From: Leptogorgia sarmentosa
Taxonomy: Eukaryota
Assembly: GCA_964658305.1 (NCBI GenBank)
Contig: OZ210884.1
Location: forward strand, 5,270,001 to 5,334,000
Direction of reading: 5' to 3'
Length of the DNA: 64,000 nucleotides
Shown: one piece after another, positions 13,831 through 27,020 of the stretch
How positions within the stretch are numbered: position 1 is the first letter of the stretch
Layout of the letters: every line of letters begins with the position of its first letter
Made by a program: the position numbers and the translations under genes
Notes under the pieces: generated by a model
Seen by the model: the letters and a program-made list of their open reading frames with translations, nothing else
Database searches by the model: none
Told to the model about the DNA's origin: nothing

Positions 13831-14369
13831 CTAGTGAAGACAGATGAGATGGGACGGTGCTTTCACAATTATAAAATGAACAGCAAATAATTATACGATA
13901 TTGATCAACAGACTCATTCAATCCTATTTTGAGTCGATATTATTATCATAGGTGTTGTATCAGGATCACACATCTAATTGTATGCGGTGGCTAGAACGTG
14001 GAATATATATTTTTAATAAGATTGGATTTATAAATGTGTCAAATTCTATTAGTATAAAACACTTTTATATTATTATCTTCAAAATCATATCAATCTATTG
14101 GACCTAATTTTTGTCACTTGTCTATCTTTTAAAATATTTCGAAAACAAGCGGTGAACACTCTTTGCTTTATTATTATTATTATCACGCTGTTGCAATTTA
14201 CTCGCTATTATAAACATGATTGTGTTTCTAATGTTGTGCCTATAGTAACCATTACTGCATTACATATCTCACTACTCTAGAATATTCGTGTAGCCCTGCT
14301 TGAGTGCTCGTGACGTAACAATTAATAAACTTAAATCAAAACAACGGTGGACATTGATTATTTCATTGA

Positions 14370-16650
14370 TATAGATAATTAGACGGATAAAATGTTGTTT
14401 ATTGTCACTGATAAACTAGCAATCTGATAAAATTTTGAGTCAAATTTAAACTAGCTCCTGTATTTTTCCGAATTTCCTAGCGGTTATTTGAGCAAAAACG
14501 CCTTTTTTCAATCTGCAGTACTTTTTGTGTACAAAAATTAGGCTTATATAAAGAAGTCCTGTTTTTTCTCGTCTATCACACGAAAAAATCTTTTCCGATA
14601 ATAACAAGATAGAGCATGACTAGAAATATCTTGATAGCCACAATCATACCCGATTATGAAATAAATCAGGTTCCAGAAAACGTCTACTACCCAAGACCTC
14701 CTTCTCGTTTTTATTTCATTGAGAAGACGTTAAAATGATTCACACATAAAACAATTACAATTTCATCATGGGTACAAAGCAAGCAAAACTTTCATTTTTG
14801 GACATTTTGCAGGAAATTTTGAGCAGTATTGTACAGTGATGTTTTTTAAATATACATATTATTGACTAAGAATTTGTATAACTAACCTCTTTTCTGATGT
14901 TCGGAGCAGTTGAAAAAAGACTGTGATGATATTTGGAGCGGATGATGTGACTAAGCTCTTTCAAAGAATTGAACTGTAGTGAAAGTGCACCAACTTCTGG
15001 AGGACCTCTGTCTTAAAATGATATCATTCAGTTAATTCCCAAGCTGTTATACATCGCATGTATCCGGAACCAGTTATGTGGAATTACGTCTTGGCAACAC
15101 AACACAACAAAACTAAACATTTTCCAACGCAGAATGTTTTGCTGAATGAACTGCACAATGAATGCAAGTGCAACAATCTCAAGAATGTCAATGTCAAATA
15201 TCAAGCAAATTAGTATGTTATTAACAACCATTGTCATAAAAATAAATTATTAAATTCTCATGACTACATGCATTACAAACTGGATGCTTGAAATCATACG
15301 CACGTCGTAAAATCCAAGCCCATTGTCGCTACAACCAAAGGAGGTCAAGGAAATCACCATGGCTCCGTTAATGTTGTGTAAACATTTTACCGTAAAAAAA
15401 GCTTTATGTTCTATTTTACTTCTAGATATTTAAATCGAGAACATTTGTGCTACGCTTTGCTCATATATATAGACAGCTATGATATTGTTCAGTATTGTTA
15501 ACCCAAACAATGTTCTTCGATATGTTGTTGACATGCAACTATGAACAATGTGGGCAGCGAAACATTGTTCAGTTCTGTTTACATTATAACTTTGAACAAG
15601 TTAATATTTTTTCCAATTCTTTTTGTTTAGACAGTGCTATCTCCCTTAAAATAATGGTGATTGGCAGATTTTCTGATATAGCGAACAATTGTATATAATT
15701 TTTCAAATACAAGCTTGCTGGAAACATGCAACTAGAAAAGTGTCGCGAAAGCTCTACTGGTGTAAGCGGCGCGAGGTGTTTTAAAAGCCACTTTAGCAGA
15801 CAGGAAATCACAATTTAAATACAAAGAATTTCATTTCATCACAGAACTAGCTTATATTGAATGATTTAGTGGAACAATAAAAATAAGCAGGACTCTTGAA
15901 ACCTGTATATTATTACAAATTAGACATAAATAAAGTTCAACTCATAACATATAAATTATAAAAAATTAGTCATTGTCGAATCGGTCTTTATGATGACATG
16001 CATGTAAAGTCAAAAAGTGATTGTGAAATCTCTCTATTCAATCATTGGTCCATGATTTCTACTCAGGGTGCCTTGATCAGTTTTACGTTATGAAAAATAC
16101 TCTCTATGTTTCAAATCTACTGCGTTTGGGTCCTTTCCTTCATTTAAATTGATATTAGTTTTCAGAAGTTATAATACTAGCTAGGCTTTGGTGAAAATAA
16201 ACAAGGTTTAAAGGCAACTGCGGCTCAAAGTTGCGCAAGCATCAACGTACTGCAAACAAGCACAATCGTTGCGAAGGTTTTTCTCTGAAGACTATTAACA
16301 CAAGGAAAAGTTCAAATTCTTCAAGATATTGACAATTTCATGTTGTTCTAAGCACGAGCAAATAAAATCGTGCATGCCAGCAGTATATTCACTATGATGG
16401 CCAATTATTTTAAACACTACTGTGATAATTTCTATTGTGAGGGGTCAGCAAGCGTTTCAAGAGTGTAATACCTATAATCAAATGATAACTGGCATGACAA
16501 CAGCACAACAGCACTGTATTCTACTCAAACACAGAAATTTCCAGACAGTATGGGGTTTTGTATGAACATAGTAACACGAACGTCATCTTGCTACAAATAT
16601 AAACAACCCTGGCTGCATAACCAAATACTTACGTCGCCAAAATTTGGGCA
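14370..16650. repeat. Diverged segmental duplication, copy B (upstream region of the 4464-13830 gene)
   Basis: Same-orientation homology with 1250-3390; many indels, no shared intact ORF. Confidence 0.85.
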
Positions 16651-17066
16651 AATTAATACTTATGGCCATTTATCTCACTATGTGCATGCTAGGTTTTGGC
16701 AAAAAAAATTCAAATTGAACATTCTACATTATATTAATATAGATGTGTAAATAAAGACGTTTTTTAATTTTACCTATTATAGATTGAAATTCAATTACGA
16801 TTTGCCATTTGCAAGGTATCTTAACTCGTCAGATTGCGAGTTGGTTTTTGAGTGGAAAAAAGCCATAATTCGCGTGCATGTATAGGATTTATCTCAAAGA
16901 CTCAAACCACTGTTTAACGCAGTGCATAGTGTCGCGCGCGATCAAAAATGTGCTGAATACTTCTCACGGGTTCTACTCTACAAAATGCATTTCACTGTCT
17001 GTTCTCAATTTCTAAAATGCCAAAAGTATTTTTTTCAAACTCTAAACCACACATTAATTACTGTTA

Positions 17067-17262
17067 GACCCCGTTTACATTACCGGATTCACGTAGTCAC
17101 GACAATGACTTCGGTGAGTTTGAGGTTATTTTTACTCCTACCACTTATTCTATATGATTAGTTGTTATTAAATTCTGTGATATGACCATAGATTTAAGAG
17201 CCACACTCGTCTTAAAACTGTTTTGATATCGTGACCAAGTGCGGTACCATGTAAACGCGGTC
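17067..17262. mobile_element. PIF/Harbinger-like MITE
   Basis: TIR GACCCCGTTTACAT / ATGTAAACGCGGTC (1 mismatch) flanked by TTA on both sides. Confidence 0.7.
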
Positions 17263-17745
17263 TTATACTACAAAAGGACCTTAAGTAACGGTAACTATTT
17301 AAAACCTTGAAGTTAAAAACTTCCTACAAACTGTCATCTTGGAACAAGGTTGATGAGGTCAACACACGTGCGAAAGGGTGCTTCAACAAGATGGTGGACA
17401 TCTCCCGTATGCCAAATATTTCAACAAGGTTTATAATTGAGACAATAACTTGCATCGAATTTGTTATTGAAATTGAAAACAGCCTGAAACTGAAACAACA
17501 AATTGGCAACACTCATTGCGAACACACACAGTTTCGGCCAAACAAAAACCTCCATACACCTGTTCGCAAGTGGATTGGAAACAACTGCCGGTTTGGAGGG
17601 TTTACGTTACGTGTCGCGTATCATCAAGCAATATAATTATCATGTGTTATCAAGCCTACTCACGTGACATCAAGTAATAATGTCACTTAACATGAGCAAT
17701 ATGTCACTTAACATCCAGTATAGTCACGTGACATTAAGCCCTATG

Positions 17746-20700
17746 TCACGTGTCATCAGCAAATATGTCAACAGTTTCAGGTTTTGAGGTTTTCTTGACC
17801 CAGTTCATACTGACTGGAGCTTGAGATGACGTCGTTGTTTGACTTTTCCCTATTGCATTGTATCTGTCTTGTGTTTTCTTCCACGAAAAAGACTTCAGAT
17901 TTTTATGCGGCATGTCTATAGATTTTACTCCACCATAACCCAGACCTCGTCCTGTTTCACGTACAGTTGCCATCACCTGAAAAATATTGCAATCATAATC
18001 AGTCATAATTAGAATTTTCAATGCCTGTTTTCAGCCACGATGATGTCCGCTAAATTTGAACACTGTCATCCAAGGAGAACTAAAATATCGAAAATGCAAA
18101 GTCAACTTACAGGTTCAGTTCGTCCAGTTTTTGTTTTCCCCAGTCCTTCGCCTTCCACCCAACCCATTTTTTCCAACATCTGTCGTCCCTTATTCTCATC
18201 CTTGATTGGTCTATACAACATGAGAAGTTTCATAAAATCGAGCTGTCATATTTTAAACAATCAATTCAATTACTATTCTTACTTGAAAACCGAGGCTGGC
18301 GATTCAATGACCTCACCGCTTGGAGCTTCACTACCGACAATTTTCCGCCTAAATAGAAACAAACACATGCAGTTAACAAACAAGCATATAAACAGTTTAC
18401 ATTACGCATTAAACTTTGAGGAATGTGAATTCCGTCATTTACAAGATAAAGTCAATGCGCACAAAAACAATTCGCTGGGAGGATCCGGTTCAACCTCAAA
18501 CCTAATTTTCCAGTTCCGTCCAAGGTAATCTAACTCACCTGGTTTGTGCTCTGTCCTTATATTTTCCAGCATTGTTTAATGCAATCTCAGAGTTCACTTC
18601 ATGCTCGGTATTCTAATAGAAAATGAACATTTAAATAAATGCAAGCGAAACAAACTTTCAGCCTTTCCCAAACTATGCGCCCCTAATTTTAGGAGCGTAA
18701 ATCATTTTTTGTGAAGATTACTTTTTATCAAACGATATAAATTGTTAACAATTTTTTGAAAATTTCATTGATGTTAAAATTGAAAACATCAATTGCAACC
18801 AAGTTCAAATCATGCAGGATGGATGAAAAAATTTTAAGCATGGAAATTTGGGGAGAAAACTTCCAATTAAGGTTGAAGATATGTATATACAGTTCACCCT
18901 AAGATATATAAAAGATATAAAAACTCTATCGTTGTCTTACCCCAAGCATATATCGTTTTTTCAATCTTTTTAATTCTTTCTTTCTTAAGGACTCTGGATT
19001 ACCATCATTTGCTGAACTCACAACACGCGTGATCTGTACTGTGTGTATACATAAAATATATTTATATTAAGCGGTATTTAACTAGGGATCCAAGGATAGT
19101 GCAAAGTTTCTAAGGCCCGTTTCAAACGTGGAAAAAGTTAGTCATCTCATTATCCATTGTTTGAATTGCATTCGATGCGACCAAAATTCCACGTTTGAAA
19201 CGGGCCTAAGAAGACATTAAAATCATATTTTGAAAATAATCACTATTTTATTGTCAGAAAGCAACTGGCGTTCGCAGCAGCGCGCGTGTTAAAAGCAAAT
19301 CAGATAAATCTCCGACCTCTGACCTTTTTAAAATACATACACATCGTACTGAACTTCTGCGTCGTAATAAAATATCCAGTTTAGTCACAGTATCAGGCCA
19401 ACGTTAAATTTACTTTTGTATATGGTTTAGTTCTTTTAGTATCGAAAATTCTGTAAATCCCCGGTATGTCTGGTAAACAAACAACCGCGAGGCCGGATCC
19501 GCCGGAAGACGGGAAGCGTCGAAGACGGCGAAAACAAACGCGAAAGCTATAAATGCGAAAGCTCGCAAATATGTTGGGTATCATCAACCATATTAACTAA
19601 ATACGATTTAAAATTATGGCTATCTTGTTGTGACGAGTTCTACTGTGTTACACATCATACACAGTTAACAGTAGCTATTTTCAATTGTGCATCACGAGCC
19701 AAATACAAGTTTTCTACTAATAATGATAATAAATTCAAATCTCTAGATTCATTGCTGATGTATAAAGAACATTTTAACTGCTTTATCAACGTATTCAAAC
19801 ATGTTGGCCGCATTATATTATCACCATAGTCCATAGTGAATTACTGATTCACGGCCCCACTCTTAGCGTCCGCCATATTGTGTAATTTCATTCCCCAGAA
19901 TTGTGCTGAGTTGCAATTTTTGCAAAAACTGAAATTCCGGAGGGGCCTCCGCCATTGTGTACTGTATTTGAGCGCTTCTTTGATCACATTTCTCATCGAA
20001 CTAACTTTCGTATCGATGAGAACAACTGCAAATAATGATGAGCAATAATATATAACTGCAATCGAATCATTTCTGTTCAAACATTCCAAGGATATCAGTC
20101 AACTACGGAATTTCGCATATCAGGAGAATTTGGGACGCCCCCCCCGGAGTTTACACTATGAATGAATCGCTGAATCGCTGAATCGCTGATGTGAATTTTC
20201 GCCCCTCATCACAATACTGCAAAGTTAAACTTTGCACTAAAAACGAACATGAAACTTCCCACTTCTCGGACAAAATTGATCATCCGTACGTTGGATATTT
20301 TAAATCTTTCAGCTCTAAATAGGTAAATCAGAATTGGAACAACCCGCATCTTGATAGGTAATAATTGTGTACTTCTGTCTTCTGTATACCAACTCACTTT
20401 CATCTTCCATTTCTTTTGCCTTCAGTTGTGCTTGGACTTGTCCTGGCTCACATTCATCACAAGTTTCATTACCAGGATGAATATGTAACAGAAATGTTGT
20501 TGAACCAATCTTTAATTGCTCGCCATGACTAAGTTTACGCCCTTCACTTTCTTGTTTGCTCTAAAAACATACAACACAAAATTCGCGTTTCATTTTCAAA
20601 TAGGATGGTGACTTTTTATAGTTGATTTCTACGTCCACTAGATTGGGCAAACATACTTCACTTATTCTAGTGCCATTAATAAATGTTCCATTCTGACTTC

Positions 20701-23700
20701 CAAGATCTTTAACAAAATATTCTTTCCTTTTTTCGTCGTAATAAACTTTAGCATGTTCCTACAAAATACATTTAAGGTCAAGTGACAGAAATGATTAATC
20801 ATGATTTAGTGTCAAATTTTAGCTCAAACGTCAAAGTTTTTATTGTATCCTAAAATATTTTTCAATTCAAATATATGAAGTTCCCGCCACAACGTTTTTT
20901 CTGTCCAAAAACTCGGGTGTTCACACACCATTCGTCAATCAAATTCCAGAATTTGCGTAGTCCCCGGTAATTACCGTATACCTTACGTATACCAGCCTGT
21001 ATTGTTTGGTAGTTTTCTGCGATCGATTATTTGATCAACGGTAATTGCAACAACAGTGTTTACCCCCATTTACCTTACTGACTTCAATATCCGACATTCG
21101 CAAATTATTTTTTCCCCCTTCTGTTCTGGAAGGGAAAGAATATAAGATACATGCATGACTCAGGCATAGTTCCTTATTTTTTATATATAATTTCATGTCA
21201 CTTTTTTATATATAATTTTATCTTTGCATTATTCCACCTGACCTCAAGCTTGCAGTACATACCGACCAAACGTGAGTCCCATGCAGGTGATCACATTTAA
21301 ACTACCAACAGGCAATTGGTCAGACTGCATAACAATTGCACGAATACACGGGGGGTACTCCTTCTCTTCTGCCTCATCATCACCACTTGTACCTACAATG
21401 TATTGGGATCTTTTTTATATAGCTATATTTTTGGGGATATGCTGGGGATATTTTTTAATATTTCGCTTGCTGACACTTTACGAAATACTGAGGAGACTGG
21501 TACTTTTCCTATCTTCTTCAAAACATTGTACCATAGATCATATGTCACCATTGCTTTCATTTTCTTTGTTTTCCAAGACATTTAAAAATCTTGTAAAGTA
21601 TTTTGGTTGTCCTGGCCGGGATGTTTGATTCGGGCACACAGTTCGACTGAACTTTGAATTCATTTAAAAATAGCAGTATATAGTAGAGAGCAAAACACGA
21701 CACCGTTTGTTACTCCCACTCATTCAATCACCCTACCCTTCTACTTTCCCATTGTCTCCATTGATAAAATCTTACTTTGTGTTCCTTCATCTACTTCGCC
21801 CACTTCGACAATTTCTCCATCTTCGCTCCCAGATTCCACCAAATCAATTTCCTTTACCTCTTTTCGCTGTGACACCGAGGGTCCTCTTGTCTTGGTTGCC
21901 TCTTTACTTCCTGACTCTGACATACCCGAGGTTCCAGTGTCGGTGTCTTTCACTGTAGTGCTGCTGTTGCTCGCAGCCACTTGCGAGTAGAATTCATATG
22001 AACCTCTTTCTTGATTGTAAGTATAATAAATCCCAGAGCGACAATCGTAGTATAATCGAGTTTTCTAGGAAAACCAGAATCTCAGTATATTGTGATGCCT
22101 CTCCGATAATATTATATGCTAAAATCAAACTACCCCAAATCATCATCCCAACACTCTCTTAATACTATTGACTACATGCAAGTGTTTGCCGTTAAAACAC
22201 TTACTGGATCGTAATAGTAACCAGTATTATAATCATAGTACAACCCTGTCGTTTCATCAAATACAAATCCATGACTAGTAGTAGCTTGTTGGGCAGCTTC
22301 GCGTATTGACGTGGCGATATCCTATAACAATATAAAGTGTTGGAAACGTACAGTAGAGTAGTAATGCATCTTTGACATTTGAAATTGATGTTCACTGAGC
22401 CAGCCCTTCGTGGAAACACCCGTTTAAGTAAAGTATGAATCCCTCACGAATAAACTGAATTACAAATTGCAGATTTCTAGCTGTAAGATTACATTTACTT
22501 TTTTTAATTATATCAATTCAATGTACAATTAAAGAGGTGTAGAATTAAAAGCTACAGTACTGCAGTCTTTCACAAGCAATGAAAACACAGGAAATTTAGA
22601 GAAAAGTACGAAGGAGTAACCGAGTAAGCACTTAATATTAAACCACATTTCCCGAGTTTCTCAGGAAAAGTAAAATGTAGCTTACAAGAATTTTGTCAAG
22701 ATTCAAAAATGCCTGGTCAGAAAGGTCAAAAATTATGATGGTCTTACTTTTGATGCTTCTTTTATAGAAGATGCAATCGATATCACTTGTTTAAACGAGG
22801 ATGAAATCTCCTAAGGTTGAAGCAAACAAAACTTTGTCTTATTTTAGAAGTGCTTGATGTAAATGTCGTGAACATCCGCCACCTGTGTTAGCAAAATACT
22901 TGCATTCTGCAAATTTGTTTTACAATGAGTCACTGGTGAAGCGGGAGGGGTCTCAAATTCCGTCCTATCCCATTTCCCTGTCAAAATTTCCTTTCAATAT
23001 ACAGCTAAAATTTATTTCTGGGTACATGTATCTCAACAAAAAATGACATTGCGCTTTGACGACCTAAGAACGAAAGTATTTTCAAGAAAGGACCACTGTC
23101 ACATTATGGCATAGATTTGTTATTGTTTATATTCTGTTTTATTTTTATCAAAAACTAAAAATAACGTGAAAAATATCTTGCTTTCTTGAATAACAGTAGG
23201 AATCAAGCAAAATAATCGAAGATTTGTAAAGGATTGCTTTGTAACAAGACGGATTGTAAAAATATTCATCAGTGTGTCAAAAACAAGATGGCTGCCATCA
23301 GCAAATTGACCTACAGTAACCCTCAACGTTTTAGGACTACCTCCGTTGCTATGAATGCATGCTTACCTTAGCTGCCTCTCTTATGGAAGATGCAATATCC
23401 TAAAAGGGAGAGAATGTTCACACGATTCTAGCTATGACGAAAATGCAGTCAGCTCGACTAGTTATTTACGTTTTGGTATAAAACAATTAGTACGAAATTA
23501 GATTTCCACATTTTTTGAATTCCTGCGAGTGAAGCTGATTACCAAGAGTTGAATATTACCAAGAGTTTTTCTCAATTTACATTTTCAGGTTGTTGCACAT
23601 TTCACCAATTGAAAACAAGTCCCATACTGTATGTTCATTGACAGTTTTTTCTGTCATTTTGTCAATAAAAAACTATATTTTCCATCACATACAGTACTTA

Positions 23701-26108
23701 CCATTTCAGTGGCAGCATTCTCTTGTGATGTCGACCCATTTCCTAAAAAATAAATAATAATCCAAAATAGGCCTTTCAGGTTATACATCACAATTAACTT
23801 CTTGGCTCAAGAATATGAGATATATATGTGGGTAATCAAGTGATGCTTGAGAGGGTAAAGAGATAAAAATTTGAGATAAAAATATGTCTAAGAAGAGCAG
23901 GGACCGCGGAACTGGGGGGGCCAGGGGGGCCAGGGGGGCCATGGCCCCCCCACTTTTCGGCACATGAAGTTCAGTGAAAGTTCAGCGCAGCTGATAATCG
24001 CGCAACGGAGAGCAGTTCGACGTAGACGTCCGCAACTGTGAAGAACATAATCGGATATACCCGATTTCCTTGCTTTATTCATTACTGCAGAGCAAACTTA
24101 TTGAACGTAGTTGGATATGTACAATTTACGCTCTTGTGCAATACATTAGCGCACAGATTTTCATATGACAATTTATCGTGAATACTTAGTGACTGAATGA
24201 AACGATTCAAATTTGCTTCATTTGGAGAACTCAATCTACATGCCACTTCGAACCTTTCCTGGCATGAGTTTTTGGTCGATCTGTCGGTAGAATAATCTGT
24301 CAGTTGGACATGTCGTAAACTACTACTATTATCATCATCCGTATAAAACTCGCTAACTCGGTCTAAAAAAGGTAGACTTAAGACTCTGAAATGGTCGTTT
24401 CCGGCGATCTAGAGGTTCTCAATGTTCAAAATTTTTTCAATTGGCGCCAACCATGGTGGCGCCTCGTGCGAATCTACTCCCCTAATGTTGAGAATGATAC
24501 CCGTCGGTAAAACAAAAATATATTACAGCCTCCCGCTCAAACGAGTCGCGCCACTGCACTGGTTTGGGTGACGACAGGAGACATGTTAAGAATTAATTTC
24601 CAGAAAGGATATTCTGGCCCCCCCACATTTAAATCCGCTCCGCGGTCCCTGAAGAGGATACAATCTCTGAAGATACTTAATAGCACACACACAATGACTG
24701 GAAATTGGCAGATTGCTAGCATGGGGAGCATACTAGATGTAACATGTTTGTTTACTGTCAGTTACAGTATGTATGTGTTCATAGCACAATTAGCAGTACT
24801 TTGGTTTTACTAATAAAAACAAAATAGGTATGTAGTACATAACTATTTTAATACGGGCTTTTTTCTTTTTTTTTAAACTTGCTGTATTGCAATTATAACC
24901 AAAAATCTAACTTTAATCCCAATTCTGAGCCTCAAGGCTATCCTAACCCAAATCTTAACCCTCATTCCTAACCTTAAACCCAATCCTACACTAATGTTTC
25001 TATAACCCAAATCTAGCTTCTTTACTAATTTCACCTTGAACACATTAATATTAAAATGTGGACCTATTTCACATACTACAGCTAACAAACCTTGATCTTC
25101 TTGTTTCTGTTCAAAATGTCTCTCATGGTTTTTATTCTTCTTTCTTTCTGCAGCAAGTTTCTCATGAAGTTGACTGACTTGTTCCCGAAATGACTCAACA
25201 TATTTTGATGAACTGTCTCTCTCAAATACAGCTTTCTCAAGAAGCTTTTCAGTTCTTTCAAATTTTTTCTTTAATGACTCAAGTTCCTCTGTTAATACTG
25301 AAACTTGTTTCTCCAAGTTGCAACACCCTTAATTTGTATTGTCCAATCAATTACTGCCATCATTATGAATAGTGCTCATTGACAAAATGAAAGGGGTATA
25401 TTTCCACAGTATAATTGTACTGCAGTACACTTATTGGTTTTTCAAAACAAGGAATATGGCAGCTAGAGTTTTAAACAGAATTGAACCACAAATGAAATTA
25501 CTCAGAAGGAGAAGTAATTGCTGTGGAAACTACAAACAATGGAGCTGTTCATGGTGTGTAATATTTAATATCGGTCATTCCGGTTGGAAATGAAGGACGA
25601 TGTGAAGGCCAATGAAGTTTCATGTTCATGATTTCAAACAAGAACAGCTCTTGCAGTGTATAGCTGTTTGATCTACTTTTTGGAGAGGGAGGTGGAGTGA
25701 CTCATTCTGCCACCCCCCTCCCAACTTTGCACTAGTGCAGTATACAGCCCCCCTCATCCTCGGCTTAGAGAGAGTGGTCGATCAATTAATCGTAGATTCT
25801 GCTCCCTCAACTATGCATTAATGCAGCATACACCCCGCTTTTAATCCCGGGCATGGAACGAAGGGGTGTTCCTCTATTTGATTCTAACGCCCCCCCCCCC
25901 CCAACTATGCGCAAATGTACCCTAATTCGATCATCATGTGATGTTGGATACAAAAAGATACATAATTCTTTGTAATCTATTCAGATCTTTCACCTTCGCA
26001 CGTTCTCTCTTCGTTTGTTTCATTTGTTGTTACTTCATCATTTTGTTCTTCTTTAATTTCATTGATACAACATACATTCTCTGATTTCTCATCAGCTTCT
26101 TGCTCCAT
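17746..26108 (-). CDS. AGGF1: Angiogenic factor with G-patch and FHA domains 1 (coiled coil, OCRE, FHA, G-patch), 16 exons
   Basis: Exons 25994-26108, 25091-25327 (coiled coil), 23702-23742, 23367-23399, 22748-22810, 22205-22321 and 21776-22064 (OCRE: GFVFDETTGLYYDYNTGYYYDPKTRLYYD), 21263-21392 (YPPCIRAIV...TFGR), 21074-21125, 20657-20758 (DLGSQNGTFING), 20398-20560 (LHIHPGNETCDECEPGQV), 18941-19011, 18539-18612 (YKDRA), 18283-18348, 18111-18210 (G-patch NKGRQMLEKMGWVEGEGLG), 17746-17976. Domain order and motifs match AGGF1. Confidence 0.92.
19114..19206. mobile_element. Short PIF/Harbinger-like MITE
   Basis: Perfect 20-bp TIR GGCCCGTTTCAAACGTGGAA / TTCCACGTTTGAAACGGGCC with TAA on both sides. 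Confidence 0.8.
23898..24651. mobile_element. hAT-like non-autonomous element in an AGGF1 intron
   Basis: Perfect 13-bp TIR CAGGGACCGCGGA / TCCGCGGTCCCTG, GGGGGGCCA subterminal repeats, flanks aagaagag/aagaggat (imperfect 8-bp TSD). Confidence 0.8.
24895..25020. repeat. Degenerate (CCTAAC)n-like hexamer repeat; similar tract at about 33475-33565
   Basis: ctaactttaatcccaattctgagcc...cctaacccaaatcttaaccctcattcctaaccttaaaccc periodicity. Confidence 0.55.
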
Positions 26109-26928
26109 TGTAGCTCGCAAAATTGTTCCCTATAATTCCTCAACAAACCGTATCAGGGAAACTTTCTTGAAAGCGTAAACGCAATTTCCTGGAAATACAC
26201 TAAACAATTCAATAGTAGATACGAAATAGCGACATTTCAAAATTAAAGTATTTATTTTAACCGCCATATTGAGAAGTACGGATGCCCCACCGGGGTTTTA
26301 TACCCAGTTACTCAAGCGATAAAACTGATATCACCTCATCCCCTATATGATAACCTCTACTTATCACCATAAATATATTTATACAAAAACAGCCTTCTAA
26401 AAAAAAATGTCACCTTATTTGCACTTTAAAAACATGGTCTTCACAAGCAATAAAGCGATATCCGTACTATAATTTTTGTCTATTTTGTCCAGATCCGCCG
26501 GCCTAGCAGAGTTTCCACCCTCAAAAATTTTCCCTTTTGATAGAGAGGCATTATTGACAGATAATAAGAAAAAAACTGTAACGAGCATATGTCTACTGCA
26601 AAAAAAAATTGAAAAGTCCTGCGAGCACAGAAAAATTGGCAAACCTACTGCCTACACCCTTTGGCGTTAAAATATTAATGAGTATACAATGCATAAATTA
26701 TTACGAAGTGCTGCGTATTTTGAAAGCACCATGTATCATGGACGTCAAAGCACGTCGCGTACATTCAGTGTTCTATCTGGGCGCAATAAAACCGCACTAT
26801 TGTTTCACTGCGCCCTGCTATTATAGTCGAAACATTGCATACACTGAGAAAAAAACACTGCAAGAAACAGTAAAATTACTATATGTAAAAATTGTTATAC
26901 AATCACTTATGTTCCAAAAAAACGGACA

Positions 26929-27020
26929 CAGTCGAACCTCCATTATGCGGCCCTCCGTTAAGGGGCCACAAAGCTGATTCGTTAATTCCCGAGAGTGGCC
27001 GCTTAATGGAGGTTCAACTG
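26929..27020. mobile_element. Miniature pogo/Tigger-like MITE
   Basis: TIR CAGTCGAACCTCCATTA / TAATGGAGGTTCAACTG, TA on the right flank; a related left end TACAGCGAAACCCCGTTAATACGACCAC occurs at about 36256. Confidence 0.7.

Noticed and set aside
17307..17636. Overlapping 109-aa (+) and 62-aa (-) ORFs downstream of AGGF1
   Set aside because: No recognisable motifs or splice context; AGGF1 already terminates at 17746.
18040..21958. Plus-strand ORFs of 83-162 aa
   Set aside because: Antisense shadows of AGGF1 exons.
24895..25020. Interstitial telomere
   Set aside because: Too degenerate to call a TTAGGG array; treated as a simple hexamer repeat.
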